Below, one piece after another: positions 9,364-18,189 of a stretch of DNA of 64,000 bases. Positions within the stretch are counted from its first letter, which is position 1. Each line of letters opens with the position of its first letter. The stretch comes from a virus. Taxonomy: Duplodnaviria > Caudoviricetes. The stretch is from IMG/VR virus record IMGVR_UViG_3300037308_000558, positions 2,089 through 66,088 of that record; one strand, given 5' to 3'. Position numbers and translations under genes: made by a program. Under the pieces are notes generated by a model that had not been told where the DNA came from, made no database searches, and saw only the letters and a program-made list of their open reading frames with translations.

Positions 9364-10259
9364 TTTCCCTGGGAGGGTCCTCCGCTGATGGCCTGGAGGA
9401 AGCTCTTGACGGTCTCCTCGCCACCGACCTGCAGCACGGCCTGCACCAGGGACTCCATCGGGATGCCCTGCATCTGCGGCGTGGTGATGAGGACGCCGAG
9501 GATCTTGCCCATGATGGCGTTGCCCTCCAGCTGATGGCGGTGGATGGCTTCCAGCATCTTCTGGTTGGCCGCCTGCACCTCGGCGATCTTGGTCAGGACG
9601 TCACCGAGCCCGCTCGTGGCGGGAGCCGTCGGGACGGCGGGAGAGCGGCCGCTGGGGAGCACTGGAGCTGCCACGGGCGCCTGCGGCTGCGCCATGGCGG
9701 GCATCTGCCACTGAGGTGCCTGCATCTGGGGCAGGCTCACAGGCGCTGCCTGCGGGGGCATCTGGGGCATCTGCGCTGCCTGCGGCTGCTGCTGCTGCTG
9801 CTGCTGCTGGAAGACGGGCATCTGTGGCATCCCCATGGGCGGGGATTGCTGCTGGTACGCCGGGGGCTGCATCTGGGGCTGCGCTTGGGGCATCTGCATG
9901 GGCTGCCCAGCAGCGGGTCCCACGGTGGAAGGGATGACCGGTCGGGGGAATTGCGGTGGTTGCATCTGCGTGCTCTCTGGGGTTTCCGTCTGGGGTTGTG
10001 GTTCCGGTTCTGGCATCACGGGGGTGGGCGGCATCGGCTGACCCTGCGCGGGCCACCCTTCCGCGTCTCTCCGCAGCAGCTCTTCACGTAGTCGTTGGCA
10101 CTGCACCTCGTTCGTCGAGGCCAGGAAGGCCTGCTCGTCGTTCGTGCCGTTGAAGATGCCGAGGTGCATCCCGAGTAGGTATCGGCGCCCCCGAGTCCAC
10201 AGCATGAGCTGCTCGATCTCTCGTGGGGCATCGACGCGTGCATCCAAAGGGGCGTTCAT
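9357..10259 (-). CDS. P/Q-rich low-complexity protein (300 aa; ATG 10259)
   Basis: ATGA coupling with 10256-10636; central P/Q/M-rich tract; helical N- and C-terminal segments. Confidence 0.75.
   Translation of the reverse strand: MNAPLDARVDAPREIEQLMLWTRGRRYLLGMHLGIFNGTNDEQAFLASTNEVQCQRLREELLRRDAEGWPAQGQPMPPTPVMPEPEPQPQTETPESTQMQPPQFPRPVIPSTVGPAAGQPMQMPQAQPQMQPPAYQQQSPPMGMPQMPVFQQQQQQQQPQAAQMPQMPPQAAPVSLPQMQAPQWQMPAMAQPQAPVAAPVLPSGRSPAVPTAPATSGLGDVLTKIAEVQAANQKMLEAIHRHQLEGNAIMGKILGVLITTPQMQGIPMESLVQAVLQVGGEETVKSFLQAISGGPSQGKA
9786..9809 (-). repeat. (CAG)8 trinucleotide repeat encoding poly-Gln
   Basis: Eight perfect ctg units on the + strand. Confidence 0.9.
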
Positions 10260-10636
10260 GGTTTGAAGCTCTTCAGGGTGTCGTAGTACCGCTCTTCGGC
10301 GCGTACCGTCTGGTCCGACTTCGTCACGCAGATCATGACTTGGGCGTCCAGACAGCCGAAGCACGGCATGGGGTTGGTGGTCATCATGTCCTTCGCAGGG
10401 CACTTGATCTGCGGCCCAAGCATGCTCCAGTAGGTGCGGATGAAGCCCTGCAGTGCCAAGCGCCAGGCATGGATGGGGTGCTGCTCCTGTCGAAAGGCTG
10501 GGACGTCGCGATCCCCAGTCAGGTACTCCTCCATCTCCTCCCGACTCGCGTTCGGTGGGACGTCATGCCCAGCGCGGAGGTTGAGCTGGTAGAGCTCTGT
10601 GTGGTTCAGCGACGACAAAAGTGTGGATGAAGGCAT
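10256..10636 (-). CDS. hypothetical protein (126 aa)
   Basis: ORF coupled to its neighbours; helical N-terminus LSSLNHTELYQL; C-terminal Cys cluster. Confidence 0.65.
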   Translation of the reverse strand: MPSSTLLSSLNHTELYQLNLRAGHDVPPNASREEMEEYLTGDRDVPAFRQEQHPIHAWRLALQGFIRTYWSMLGPQIKCPAKDMMTTNPMPCFGCLDAQVMICVTKSDQTVRAEERYYDTLKSFKP

Positions 10637-11066
10637 CGACCGGATTGCTCTCTTCGCCTCGCTTCCAGACCCACACGTCCGTGAACTCTTCGGTCTCGGA
10701 CCAGTCCTTCACGGAGGCGAATACGAAGTTCTGCTGGTCTTCGATACCCGTAGCTTCCGCCAGGGCATCTTCGAGTAGCTTGATGCGATTGGTTACGTCA
10801 ACCTTCTTGTACCTGCTTTCGGCCTTGCCTGTCTCGAAGCCCTTGGTGAACAGGGCCTCTTTGCCTTTGAAGGTCACGCGAATGAGCACGGCGTACTCGT
10901 GCTCCTTGCTGAAGAACTTGAGCAGGCTGGGGTACGTCCGTGCGATGAAGGTCTTCGTCTCCGTCTTGTACTCACGCCCGGCCTTGGTGAGCACACGCTT
11001 GTTGTGCACGGTGATGTACGCATTGTTCACCGACGGCGGCACGGAGGGTACGCGCATGTAGATCAC
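10563..11066 (-). CDS. rusA: RusA-like Holliday junction resolvase
   Basis: PPSVNNAY N-terminus and KKVDVTNRIKLLEDAL...IEDQQ, matching the RusA D..N..K...DAL...DD pattern. Confidence 0.8.
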   Translation of the reverse strand: MIYMRVPSVPPSVNNAYITVHNKRVLTKAGREYKTETKTFIARTYPSLLKFFSKEHEYAVLIRVTFKGKEALFTKGFETGKAESRYKKVDVTNRIKLLEDALAEATGIEDQQNFVFASVKDWSETEEFTDVWVWKRGEESNPVDAFIHTFVVAEPHRALPAQPPRWA

Positions 11067-11584
11067 AGGCGTCCCCTCCCTGCTTCCATGCGTCGCTCGC
11101 CTTCGCGCACGTTGAGGTATCGGCTGAACGTGAACACACCCACTTCGGCCTCCTTGAACTGGGCCTCCACGATGAGCTTCTTCTGCTCCAGGACCTGCAG
11201 TGCGTCCGCTAGGGTCATGTAGGCTTCGCTCCCCTCAAGCCCGTCGGACAGGCTCTTCTCGGTCTGCTTCTCTCCCTCGACCTTCACGCGACGCGCCTTC
11301 AGCCTGTACAGGACGCCGAGTCGTCGGATCTTGTTCTCGTACTCAGTGACCCACCCCTTGATGTACGCCAACACCTTGAATGAGTAGGTCTCCCAGCTGG
11401 CGAACTGCGCGAACTGCTGCCCATAACGGGCTTGGTCGGAATGCGTCAGATCGCTTGGGCGTATGCGCGGCATGGGGAAGTCTGGGGGCTCGGGCAGTAC
11501 GAAGCCCAGCCCTGCCAGCTCGTCCGTCACGCTTTGCATCGTGCTCTGTCGGTCGATGCGTGGTTCCGTTGTCCCGTCCGTCAT
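11063..11584 (-). CDS. coiled-coil protein, possible UvsY-like recombination mediator (173 aa)
   Basis: Helical; C-terminal SEAYMTL...LEQKKLIVEAQFKE..V...SR resembles UvsY-type proteins; located next to RecA and nucleases. Start refined to the ATGA overlap. Confidence 0.45.
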   Translation of the reverse strand: MTDGTTEPRIDRQSTMQSVTDELAGLGFVLPEPPDFPMPRIRPSDLTHSDQARYGQQFAQFASWETYSFKVLAYIKGWVTEYENKIRRLGVLYRLKARRVKVEGEKQTEKSLSDGLEGSEAYMTLADALQVLEQKKLIVEAQFKEAEVGVFTFSRYLNVREGERRMEAGRGRL

Positions 11585-12477
11585 GATGTTGGCCATAGGT
11601 TCGGGCTGGTCTTCGTGGCGCTGTGCCCCTTTCGCCTTTTCAGCGATGGCGGGTTGCACGTCCACGCGAACGGGCACCAGCGGCAGAACATGCCCTCTGC
11701 TCTGCCTGGTAGCGTGCTCTTGTTCGCGTGCTCCGTGGCCTCCGTGAAGCGCGGTACGAGCCGCTTGTCCCACACTTCGTCGCTGAATTGGATGAGGTAC
11801 GGCGCAACAGCCTTGGTGAAGTTCGAGTTCGACTTGTTGTAGTAGACGAACCACAACAGGGGTACGTTCAGGGCGGCTTGGTACAGGTGCGCCTGCTCAA
11901 CGTGGTCTGGCTCTGGCGCTCGCAGCTTGTCGAACTCCGGCCCGGACTTCGTCTTGATCTCGACGGCGACGCGAAGGACGGTCTCACCGTTGAGATCGAA
12001 GCAGAAGACACCGTCGCAGCTGGAGTGCATGTTCCAAACGCGCGCGAGCTCTGACACTCCAGGGTGGATGCGCACCTCGGGCATGAAGTGCGCGCTCCAG
12101 CCCGTACCCTTGAAGATGCCCTCGTTGAGCCACGCGCACATGAGCTGGAACTCGTGCTGGAGCATGCCGTGTACGGCGTGACCGATGTTGAACCGCATCT
12201 GCATGTTCACGTCTCGGTCTTGCCCCGTTGGTGGCTTGCGCATCTCCCCGCTGATGCTGTACGTCAGGCGACGTAAGCACTTCGAGATCTCCGAAGCGTG
12301 GATGCCCGGCGCGCGCTCCTTCGATCCGGCCACGTCGACCTGGTACGTGTAGCCGCCGTTGTCTTGGGCTTTCCACTGCTCGTAGTAACCCGACAGCAGG
12401 CTGGCTTGCTGGACGAAGTTGAAGCGCGCCTCCGAGGACAGCGTGCGTAGGTCATCCAGCGTCGTCAGCGTGTACAT
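11581..12477 (-). CDS. Cas4/AddB-like PD-(D/E)XK exonuclease (298 aa)
   Basis: HASEISKC, SCDG, VEIKT, QAHLY and C-terminal CRWCPFAWTC (1+3 Cys Fe-S staple). Confidence 0.85.
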   Translation of the reverse strand: MYTLTTLDDLRTLSSEARFNFVQQASLLSGYYEQWKAQDNGGYTYQVDVAGSKERAPGIHASEISKCLRRLTYSISGEMRKPPTGQDRDVNMQMRFNIGHAVHGMLQHEFQLMCAWLNEGIFKGTGWSAHFMPEVRIHPGVSELARVWNMHSSCDGVFCFDLNGETVLRVAVEIKTKSGPEFDKLRAPEPDHVEQAHLYQAALNVPLLWFVYYNKSNSNFTKAVAPYLIQFSDEVWDKRLVPRFTEATEHANKSTLPGRAEGMFCRWCPFAWTCNPPSLKRRKGHSATKTSPNLWPTS

Positions 12478-12961
12478 GCTTCTCCCATTCCTTTCGGGGT
12501 ATGAGCACCCACTCGTCGCGTACCTGCAGCGTTCTGGGTGCTCGAAACTGCACCTCGAATACCGGCACTTCGAGGCCCACGCATTCACTGCGGATCTTCA
12601 GCAAGTCCTTGTACTCGACACGGAACGACTCCGTAGACGTGTACTTGTTCTCGACTCGATACCTACCGCGGATGCGTCCATCGCTCTTGTACCCTGGGCG
12701 AGACCCAGATCCGGGTTGGGCGTTCCCGCCGAGCTCCTCGATGCGCTTCTCCTGCTTCTTGGAGATGCGCTTGCGTCGTTGGGGCCCCGTGCGCAGCAGC
12801 GTGCCGTGGGCCACGTCGAAGAAACCTACAACGCCGCCCTGCAGGAGGCTTCCCATCGTCGTTTCGATGGCAACCTCCTGTCCCTCTGCCCTGAGTCGTA
12901 GAATGACGCCGTCGTAGGCGTGGTTCGACGCCTCCAACCGTGCCGTCACTGAAACAGGCAT
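12452..12961 (-). CDS. Hjc-like PD-(D/E)XK nuclease/resolvase
   Basis: QPGSGSRPGYKSDG...VENKYT...SF motif set. Confidence 0.65.
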   Translation of the reverse strand: MPVSVTARLEASNHAYDGVILRLRAEGQEVAIETTMGSLLQGGVVGFFDVAHGTLLRTGPQRRKRISKKQEKRIEELGGNAQPGSGSRPGYKSDGRIRGRYRVENKYTSTESFRVEYKDLLKIRSECVGLEVPVFEVQFRAPRTLQVRDEWVLIPRKEWEKHVHADDAG

Positions 12962-14220
12962 TGGTACCCCGCTGCTGCCAGCACTTCACGTCGAAGGACC
13001 ATCTCGTGCTCCAGGCTGGTCGTCAGGAGCTCGCGCAGTGCCTTCTGCGTGTTGCGCGTGAAGTCATCGAGCACGATGCCGGTGCCGTGCTGCACCACGA
13101 CTACCTTCTTGTCCGTTCGCACGATACCGTAGCGAATGCCCGCAGCGATGAGGTCACCGATGTCGTCGGTGCCGCCCATGGCGTAGTAGAAGGCCGCCTC
13201 ACCCACTCTGTTGTCGAAGGTGCCGGCCGATCCCTTGTCCGTCTTCCAGTGGATCATCTTGCCGTAGGCTTCCTTGTTCTCCCCCTCGCCATGCTTCAGC
13301 ACCTTGGCGTCGTGCAGCACGAGGTTGATGAGTCCGTAGTGCTTGCCCGTCCACCCACCAGCGGGGATGGCTGCAGGAGCATAGGGTGTGGTCGGTGTGC
13401 GCTCCGGGTTGGACCGGAACTGCTTGGTGAAGATGAGTGTGGTTTGGTTCGGCATCGTGCGGCCGAAGCCCGTCGTTTCTGGGATGTAGAGCTTGTAGAA
13501 GCGCCCCATCATGTTGGCATGCGCGGCGCGCATCTCGTGCTCGTTGAACGTCTTGTCGGCGTTTACTTCGGGCAGCAGCCCCTGTTCGGAGTCGCAGCCG
13601 ATGAGGCTGAAGGCGTTGGTGCGCACGCATTCGAGGATGGACTGCAGGATGTCCTCTCCCGTGGCCCCACGGATGATGTAGAAGTCGCCCACGCGTTGCT
13701 TGAGGTAGGCGAGCTCCTCAGTCGTGAACGGGGGCATGGCTCTGTAGCTGCGGAGCTCGTTCCACTGCTCAATCATGAGGTCGGGGATGGGGATGCGCAG
13801 ACCCACGTTCACGGCCACGTCGTAGGGGAACTGGCGTTCGGATAGGGCGAAGGCCAGGCGGCAGTCGTTGCCGTAGATCTTCTGCTGCATCGCCATGGTC
13901 TTGAGCAGCAGCCACGTCTTGCCGCTGTTCTCGGGGCCGGCGATGAAGCTCATGCCGCCTGCAGGGAAGCCTCCACCGAGCGTGATGTCGCAGTCGATGA
14001 GCCCCGTGGGCCGGCGCAGGATGTACGTGTTCGGTGCCTCGTCGGCGAGGACGATGTGGCGTTCCTCTCCGTCGTTGAGGGAGTTGGCCAGGGCGCGGAT
14101 GAGCAGGTCCTTCTGCGGGGCATCGAGGTGCCGGAGCGCAGCAATCTTCGCCAGCTCCGGCGGCTTCTCCTGCTTCTCCTTCGGTGGCTTCTTCGCTTTC
14201 GACTTCCGCTTCATCACCAT
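12946..14220 (-). CDS. recA: RecA/UvsX-family recombinase
   Basis: CDITLGGGFPAGGMSFIAGPENSGKT (Walker A), IGCDS (Walker B), LIFTKQFR, GGWTGKHY. Confidence 0.9.
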   Translation of the reverse strand: MVMKRKSKAKKPPKEKQEKPPELAKIAALRHLDAPQKDLLIRALANSLNDGEERHIVLADEAPNTYILRRPTGLIDCDITLGGGFPAGGMSFIAGPENSGKTWLLLKTMAMQQKIYGNDCRLAFALSERQFPYDVAVNVGLRIPIPDLMIEQWNELRSYRAMPPFTTEELAYLKQRVGDFYIIRGATGEDILQSILECVRTNAFSLIGCDSEQGLLPEVNADKTFNEHEMRAAHANMMGRFYKLYIPETTGFGRTMPNQTTLIFTKQFRSNPERTPTTPYAPAAIPAGGWTGKHYGLINLVLHDAKVLKHGEGENKEAYGKMIHWKTDKGSAGTFDNRVGEAAFYYAMGGTDDIGDLIAAGIRYGIVRTDKKVVVVQHGTGIVLDDFTRNTQKALRELLTTSLEHEMVLRREVLAAAGYQCLFQ

Positions 14221-14223
14221 CGG

Positions 14224-14394
14224 TCACTTCCCTTCGAATGGTGCCGTGCCGTGCTTCGGACAGACGGAGATGTTTCCGTGCTTCTCCACCTTGGCCCCGC
14301 ACTCTGGACACCCCTCCGACGCGGTCTTGTCGCCCTTGCCGGATTCATCCACACCGAGTTTCGTCATCCCCTCGTCTTTGTTCTCTTCGCTCAT
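14224..14394 (-). CDS. small Zn-ribbon protein (56 aa), absent from the ORF track
   Basis: MSEENKDEG...CPECGAKVEKHGNISVCPKHG; purine-rich SD; stop lies 3 nt before the recA ATG. Confidence 0.7.
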   Translation of the reverse strand: MSEENKDEGMTKLGVDESGKGDKTASEGCPECGAKVEKHGNISVCPKHGTAPFEGK

Positions 14395-14719
14395 GGCTCT
14401 TCTCCTTCAGCAGCTCCTTCAGAACTGCGCTCTTTCGAAAGTAGACACGTAGGCCCTTGTCGAGGCTCACTACCCTTGTACCCCTTCGGCCCCCCGGCTT
14501 TCCAGTCCCGCTGATCAGGTGGACCTCCCGTCCCTTGCCTACGTGGCTGACGGTGAAGCGGCCGAGGCCGTCGACACCTACAGCGCCTTGCTCTGCTAGC
14601 AGGATGCACAGCTGCCGCACGAACTCGGTGGTGATGGCGCGCACCACCTTGGACCGTCGTACACTGTCCATCCCGAGCTCGTGCGCCACCCGCGCGTCGA
14701 TGTAGGACTTGTGCTTCAC
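14345..14719 (-). CDS. HU/IHF-like DNA-binding protein (124 aa; GTG 14719)
   Basis: IDARVAHELG...LLAEQGAVGVDGLGRFTV...RVYFRKSAVLKELL follows the HU fold pattern; GTGA coupling with polA. Confidence 0.75.
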   Translation of the reverse strand: MKHKSYIDARVAHELGMDSVRRSKVVRAITTEFVRQLCILLAEQGAVGVDGLGRFTVSHVGKGREVHLISGTGKPGGRRGTRVVSLDKGLRVYFRKSAVLKELLKEKSHERREQRRGDDETRCG

Positions 14720-16659
14720 TTTGCAACGCCCCAGCTGGCCCCTTTGCCCGAGCTCACTTCGAGGGGCACGTCCAGGTCGCACGGGAATGGGTGCTCCATG
14801 AGCTCGACGAGTTGGGGCATCACCTCGTCTACGCTCTCGGTGGGGCACTCGAACACGAGCTCGTCGTGTACCTGCATGAGCATGCGGCAGCCGTAGTGCT
14901 TCTCGAAGTCCATGTTCTCGATGTGGATCTGGGCCATACGGCACACGTCCGCAGCCGTGCCTTGGATGGGCGTGTTCACAGCCTTGCGCTCACCTTCCGC
15001 ACGCTCCCTGTTGCTCGCGCTGCGCATCTCGGGGAGGTTACGGCGCCGCCCCAAAAGCGTGAACGCGTAGCCCGTCTGCTCGGCTTCGCGCACGGCCTCC
15101 TCGAAGAAGCCACCGACGGCGGGGTACATGGTCTTGTACTTCTCGATCTTCTCGTCGGCTTCCTGCTTCGTGATGCCCAGCTGACGCGCGAGCTTGTTGG
15201 CACCCATGCCGTAGTTCAGCCCGAAGCCGATGGTCTTGGCTACGGTTCGTGCGTGCAGGCAGTGCTTCACGTAGTCCGTGATGGCGCTCTTGTCGAGGGC
15301 TCCATCCTTGACCTGCTTGTCGGTCTTCTTCGCCTTGACCAGGTCTTCGTACGGTAGGTCGTACATGAGCGACGCATTGCCCATGTGGATGTCCCACTTG
15401 TTGTTGAAGACCTGGATCATGCGCGGTTCTTGCGACGCCGCGGCGAGGAGGCGCATCTCCAGCTGCTCGTAGTCAGCCGCGATGATGGTGTAGCCCGGCG
15501 GCGCGATGAAGGCGCTGCGGATACCCCACTTGTCGTTCTCGGGACGTGGGATGTTCTGCAGGTTGGGCTCGCTGGAGCTCAGGCGTCCCGTGCGGGCGAC
15601 GTCTTGGTTGTACCGCGTGTGCACGCGGTCGTTGCCGTCGAGTATGGTGCTCAAGCCCAAGAGGTAGGTGTTCAACAGCTTCGAGAACTCACGGTGCTTC
15701 AGCACCAGCGCAGCCTCCTCGACCTGGTGCTTGTAGTGTTGCAGGAATGCCTCATCCGTGGACGCGGAGCCGCTCTTGGTGACCTTGATGGGCTTGAGCC
15801 CCAAGGCGTTGAAGAAGAGCTCTTGGAGCTGCTTCGGGCTCTGCATGTTGATGGGGCGTCCGCACTTCTTGAAGAACTTCTTCTCGATGGCCTTGACGTC
15901 CTTCTCGGCCTGCACGGCTGCATCCTCCAGCCGCTTCTTGTCGAGGAGTACGCCTCGCCGCTCCATGCGCCACAGGACCTTCGTGTAGGGCATCTCGGTC
16001 TTGTGGAAGAGGTCCCACAAGGTGCGGATGTACGGGTACCGGTTCTGGTAGAGCGAGTACGTCGGCGCGCTCACCAGCTGACGGAGTAGCTCCTCGAACA
16101 CCTGCAGCGTCACCCAAGCGTCGTTAGCGGCGTACTGGACGAGCAGGTCCATGTTCTGCGCTTCGGCCTTGCGGATCATCTCCTCGGCCGATTGCCGCTT
16201 TCCGATCTTGCCGAAGGTGTCCTCGAAGTCGGCGTAGGTCCACCCGAGCAGGTGCTGTGCCATCAGCTTCAGGTTGTGGCGCATGTCCTCGTAGAGAAGG
16301 GCGTGCATGACCTGGGTGTCGATCAGGTTGCCGGCGATCTCGATGCCCACGTTGGCGAGGATGTGCGCGTCGTACTTGGCGTTGGCGAACAGCCAGTTCT
16401 TGCCCTGGTCTGCGAAGACGTGCGCGAAGCGCGGCAGTAGCTCGGCATGTACCGTGAAGCGCTTACCACCCTCGTCCGTTCGCCAGGCCGTGGACCAGTA
16501 GAGTGGGATGTCCTTCCACAGGCACAGGCCTGTGGTCTCGGTGTCGAGGGAGGCTACCTTCGCAGCGCTCAGCTCGTTCGCGAAGTTCTGGAGCTCATCG
16601 GCGGAGCTCGACGCGCATAGGTAGGAAGCGTTGGGTAGATTGATGTTCCAGCTAGTCAT
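14716..16659 (-). CDS. polA: family A DNA polymerase (3'-5' exonuclease + polymerase, no 5'-3' exonuclease)
   Basis: ExoI LDTETTG, ExoII NAKYD, ExoIII YAANDA; TGRLSS, motif A ADYEQLEMR, motif B AKTIGFGLNYG, motif C QVHDELVFE. Confidence 0.97.
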   Translation of the reverse strand: MTSWNINLPNASYLCASSSADELQNFANELSAAKVASLDTETTGLCLWKDIPLYWSTAWRTDEGGKRFTVHAELLPRFAHVFADQGKNWLFANAKYDAHILANVGIEIAGNLIDTQVMHALLYEDMRHNLKLMAQHLLGWTYADFEDTFGKIGKRQSAEEMIRKAEAQNMDLLVQYAANDAWVTLQVFEELLRQLVSAPTYSLYQNRYPYIRTLWDLFHKTEMPYTKVLWRMERRGVLLDKKRLEDAAVQAEKDVKAIEKKFFKKCGRPINMQSPKQLQELFFNALGLKPIKVTKSGSASTDEAFLQHYKHQVEEAALVLKHREFSKLLNTYLLGLSTILDGNDRVHTRYNQDVARTGRLSSSEPNLQNIPRPENDKWGIRSAFIAPPGYTIIAADYEQLEMRLLAAASQEPRMIQVFNNKWDIHMGNASLMYDLPYEDLVKAKKTDKQVKDGALDKSAITDYVKHCLHARTVAKTIGFGLNYGMGANKLARQLGITKQEADEKIEKYKTMYPAVGGFFEEAVREAEQTGYAFTLLGRRRNLPEMRSASNRERAEGERKAVNTPIQGTAADVCRMAQIHIENMDFEKHYGCRMLMQVHDELVFECPTESVDEVMPQLVELMEHPFPCDLDVPLEVSSGKGASWGVAK

Positions 16660-16667
16660 GACGCGCG

Positions 16668-16697
16668 CAGGGGCGCCCGCTTGCGCAGGCGCCCCTG
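16668..16697 (-). terminator. GC-rich hairpin between the SSB and polA genes
   Basis: CAGGGGCGCC-10 nt-GGCGCCCCTG, a perfect 10-bp stem; no clear U tract. Confidence 0.45.
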
Positions 16698-16709
16698 TCC
16701 GGGTGAACG

Positions 16710-18185
16710 CTACTCGTTGCTCTCACTCTCTTCCTGCTGCTCGTCTTCGTCATACGGCACGGCAGGAAGCTGCTGCGGTGGCTGCATCGGCGGTGCCATG
16801 GCGGGGAACGCCGGTGCCTGCACCTGCATGGGTGCCTGCTGTGGCCACTGGGGCTGTGGCCACTGCGGTTGCTGCATCTGCATGGGCGCCGGGGCGAACC
16901 CAGGCGGGGCCATGGCCGGGGGCGCCATGGGCGGCTGATACGCAGGGGCGTACTGCGGCTGCGGCTGCGGTGGCATGCCTTGGGGAGGCTGCCAGACCAT
17001 CCCCGGGGGCGCTGCCATGGGTGCCTGGGGTGGCGCTGCCATGCCCGCCATGGGCTGCCCGTAGGCCTGCACGCCGAGGTAGCCCGGTTGGGCCATGTTC
17101 TGCTGCAGGGCGCCGAGGCCCATGATGCGGTTCTGGTCGTCCGGTGCCGTGGGGGCGAACTTCTTCAGCAGGTCCAGCGGTTGGATCTGCGCGGCGATCT
17201 CCGGCGGCACTTGGATGGGCCGGGGCTCCGAGTAGTTCACGATGTGCAGCGCCGCCGTGCCCTTCTGCGAGGAGCTACGCATGACCTGAAGGTCCACGTC
17301 GAAGATGCTCGCGCGCTTGGGGTTCTGGCAGGTCTTGCACTGGATCTGCTCGGTGGTGAAGTTGCGCTGTCCGCACACAGGGCACTGGAAGCGGCTGTAG
17401 TCGATGATCGCGCGCTGCTCTGGAGAGAGCGTCGTGTTCGAGTCGTAGATCACTGCCTTGCACTGCGGGTTTCCGCAGTTGCGCGTGATGGTCACGATGG
17501 TGTCCCGACCACCGCAGCTCGCACAGCCGTTGGCCACGATCTTCGTGTAGGTGTCGAGTGTGTCCTTGTAGCCGCTGCTCACGCTCCACGGCGAGAGGTG
17601 GCCCCACTTGAACGGGTAGCCGTGGTAGCGCGGGTCGTTGGGTTGACCCTTGACCCACTCGGTGTACGGCTGTCCGGTCTTCTGGCTGAGGCGCGGCTGC
17701 CCGTTGCGCTGCAGCTGCGGCACCTGGTAGTGCAGTCCGTAGTCCCACCAGTTGAACGCGAAGTAGTCGCGGAGACTGATGCGCTCGGGGCCGGGCGTCC
17801 TGTCACCATTCGCCTTCTTCATCTTCCGGATGGCGTGGTCCTGCCAGAAGACGACGCAGCTCGGACAGGGTAGGGCCTTGTCCTTGACGGCGCAGTAAGG
17901 GCCGGCGCTGCACACGCAGCTCGCGCGGCCGTTGTGGTGCTCCTTGTACATGACGAACGGGAGCTCTCCTTCTTGGAGGTTGCCATCGTCGTCCAGCCAC
18001 TGCTGCAGGTAGGCACCCGGGATGAGCCGGCCGATGTCTGGCGGGCCCGGAGAGACGGGCAGCTTGTAGGCGCCCTTCCAGTGGTACTCCTTTCGGTCGT
18101 ACTGCGCGCGCTTGCCCGCGCTGACGAATTGCTGAGCTCCGAACGTGGGCATGCCGCCCAATCCCTGTGGGTTCTTTCCGAACAT
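16710..18185 (-). CDS. putative gp32-like single-stranded DNA-binding protein with multiple Zn ribbons (491 aa; ATG 18185)
   Basis: IGRLIPG / YKEHH / CPSC N-terminal pattern, several CxxC pairs, P/Q-rich linker, acidic tip YDEDEQQEESESNE; lies between primase and polymerase. Confidence 0.6.
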   Translation of the reverse strand: MFGKNPQGLGGMPTFGAQQFVSAGKRAQYDRKEYHWKGAYKLPVSPGPPDIGRLIPGAYLQQWLDDDGNLQEGELPFVMYKEHHNGRASCVCSAGPYCAVKDKALPCPSCVVFWQDHAIRKMKKANGDRTPGPERISLRDYFAFNWWDYGLHYQVPQLQRNGQPRLSQKTGQPYTEWVKGQPNDPRYHGYPFKWGHLSPWSVSSGYKDTLDTYTKIVANGCASCGGRDTIVTITRNCGNPQCKAVIYDSNTTLSPEQRAIIDYSRFQCPVCGQRNFTTEQIQCKTCQNPKRASIFDVDLQVMRSSSQKGTAALHIVNYSEPRPIQVPPEIAAQIQPLDLLKKFAPTAPDDQNRIMGLGALQQNMAQPGYLGVQAYGQPMAGMAAPPQAPMAAPPGMVWQPPQGMPPQPQPQYAPAYQPPMAPPAMAPPGFAPAPMQMQQPQWPQPQWPQQAPMQVQAPAFPAMAPPMQPPQQLPAVPYDEDEQQEESESNE

Positions 18186-18189
18186 GTTG

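Noticed and set aside
9151-10259. Tail assembly chaperone, suggested by the slippery site
   Set aside because: The gene lies in the minus-strand replication block with no tail tube or tape measure neighbours; the frameshift itself is kept as a finding.
11581-12477. Cas4-like gene as part of a CRISPR-Cas locus
   Set aside because: No cas1/cas2, effector genes or repeat-spacer array in the window; solo Cas4-like exonucleases are common in phage replication blocks.
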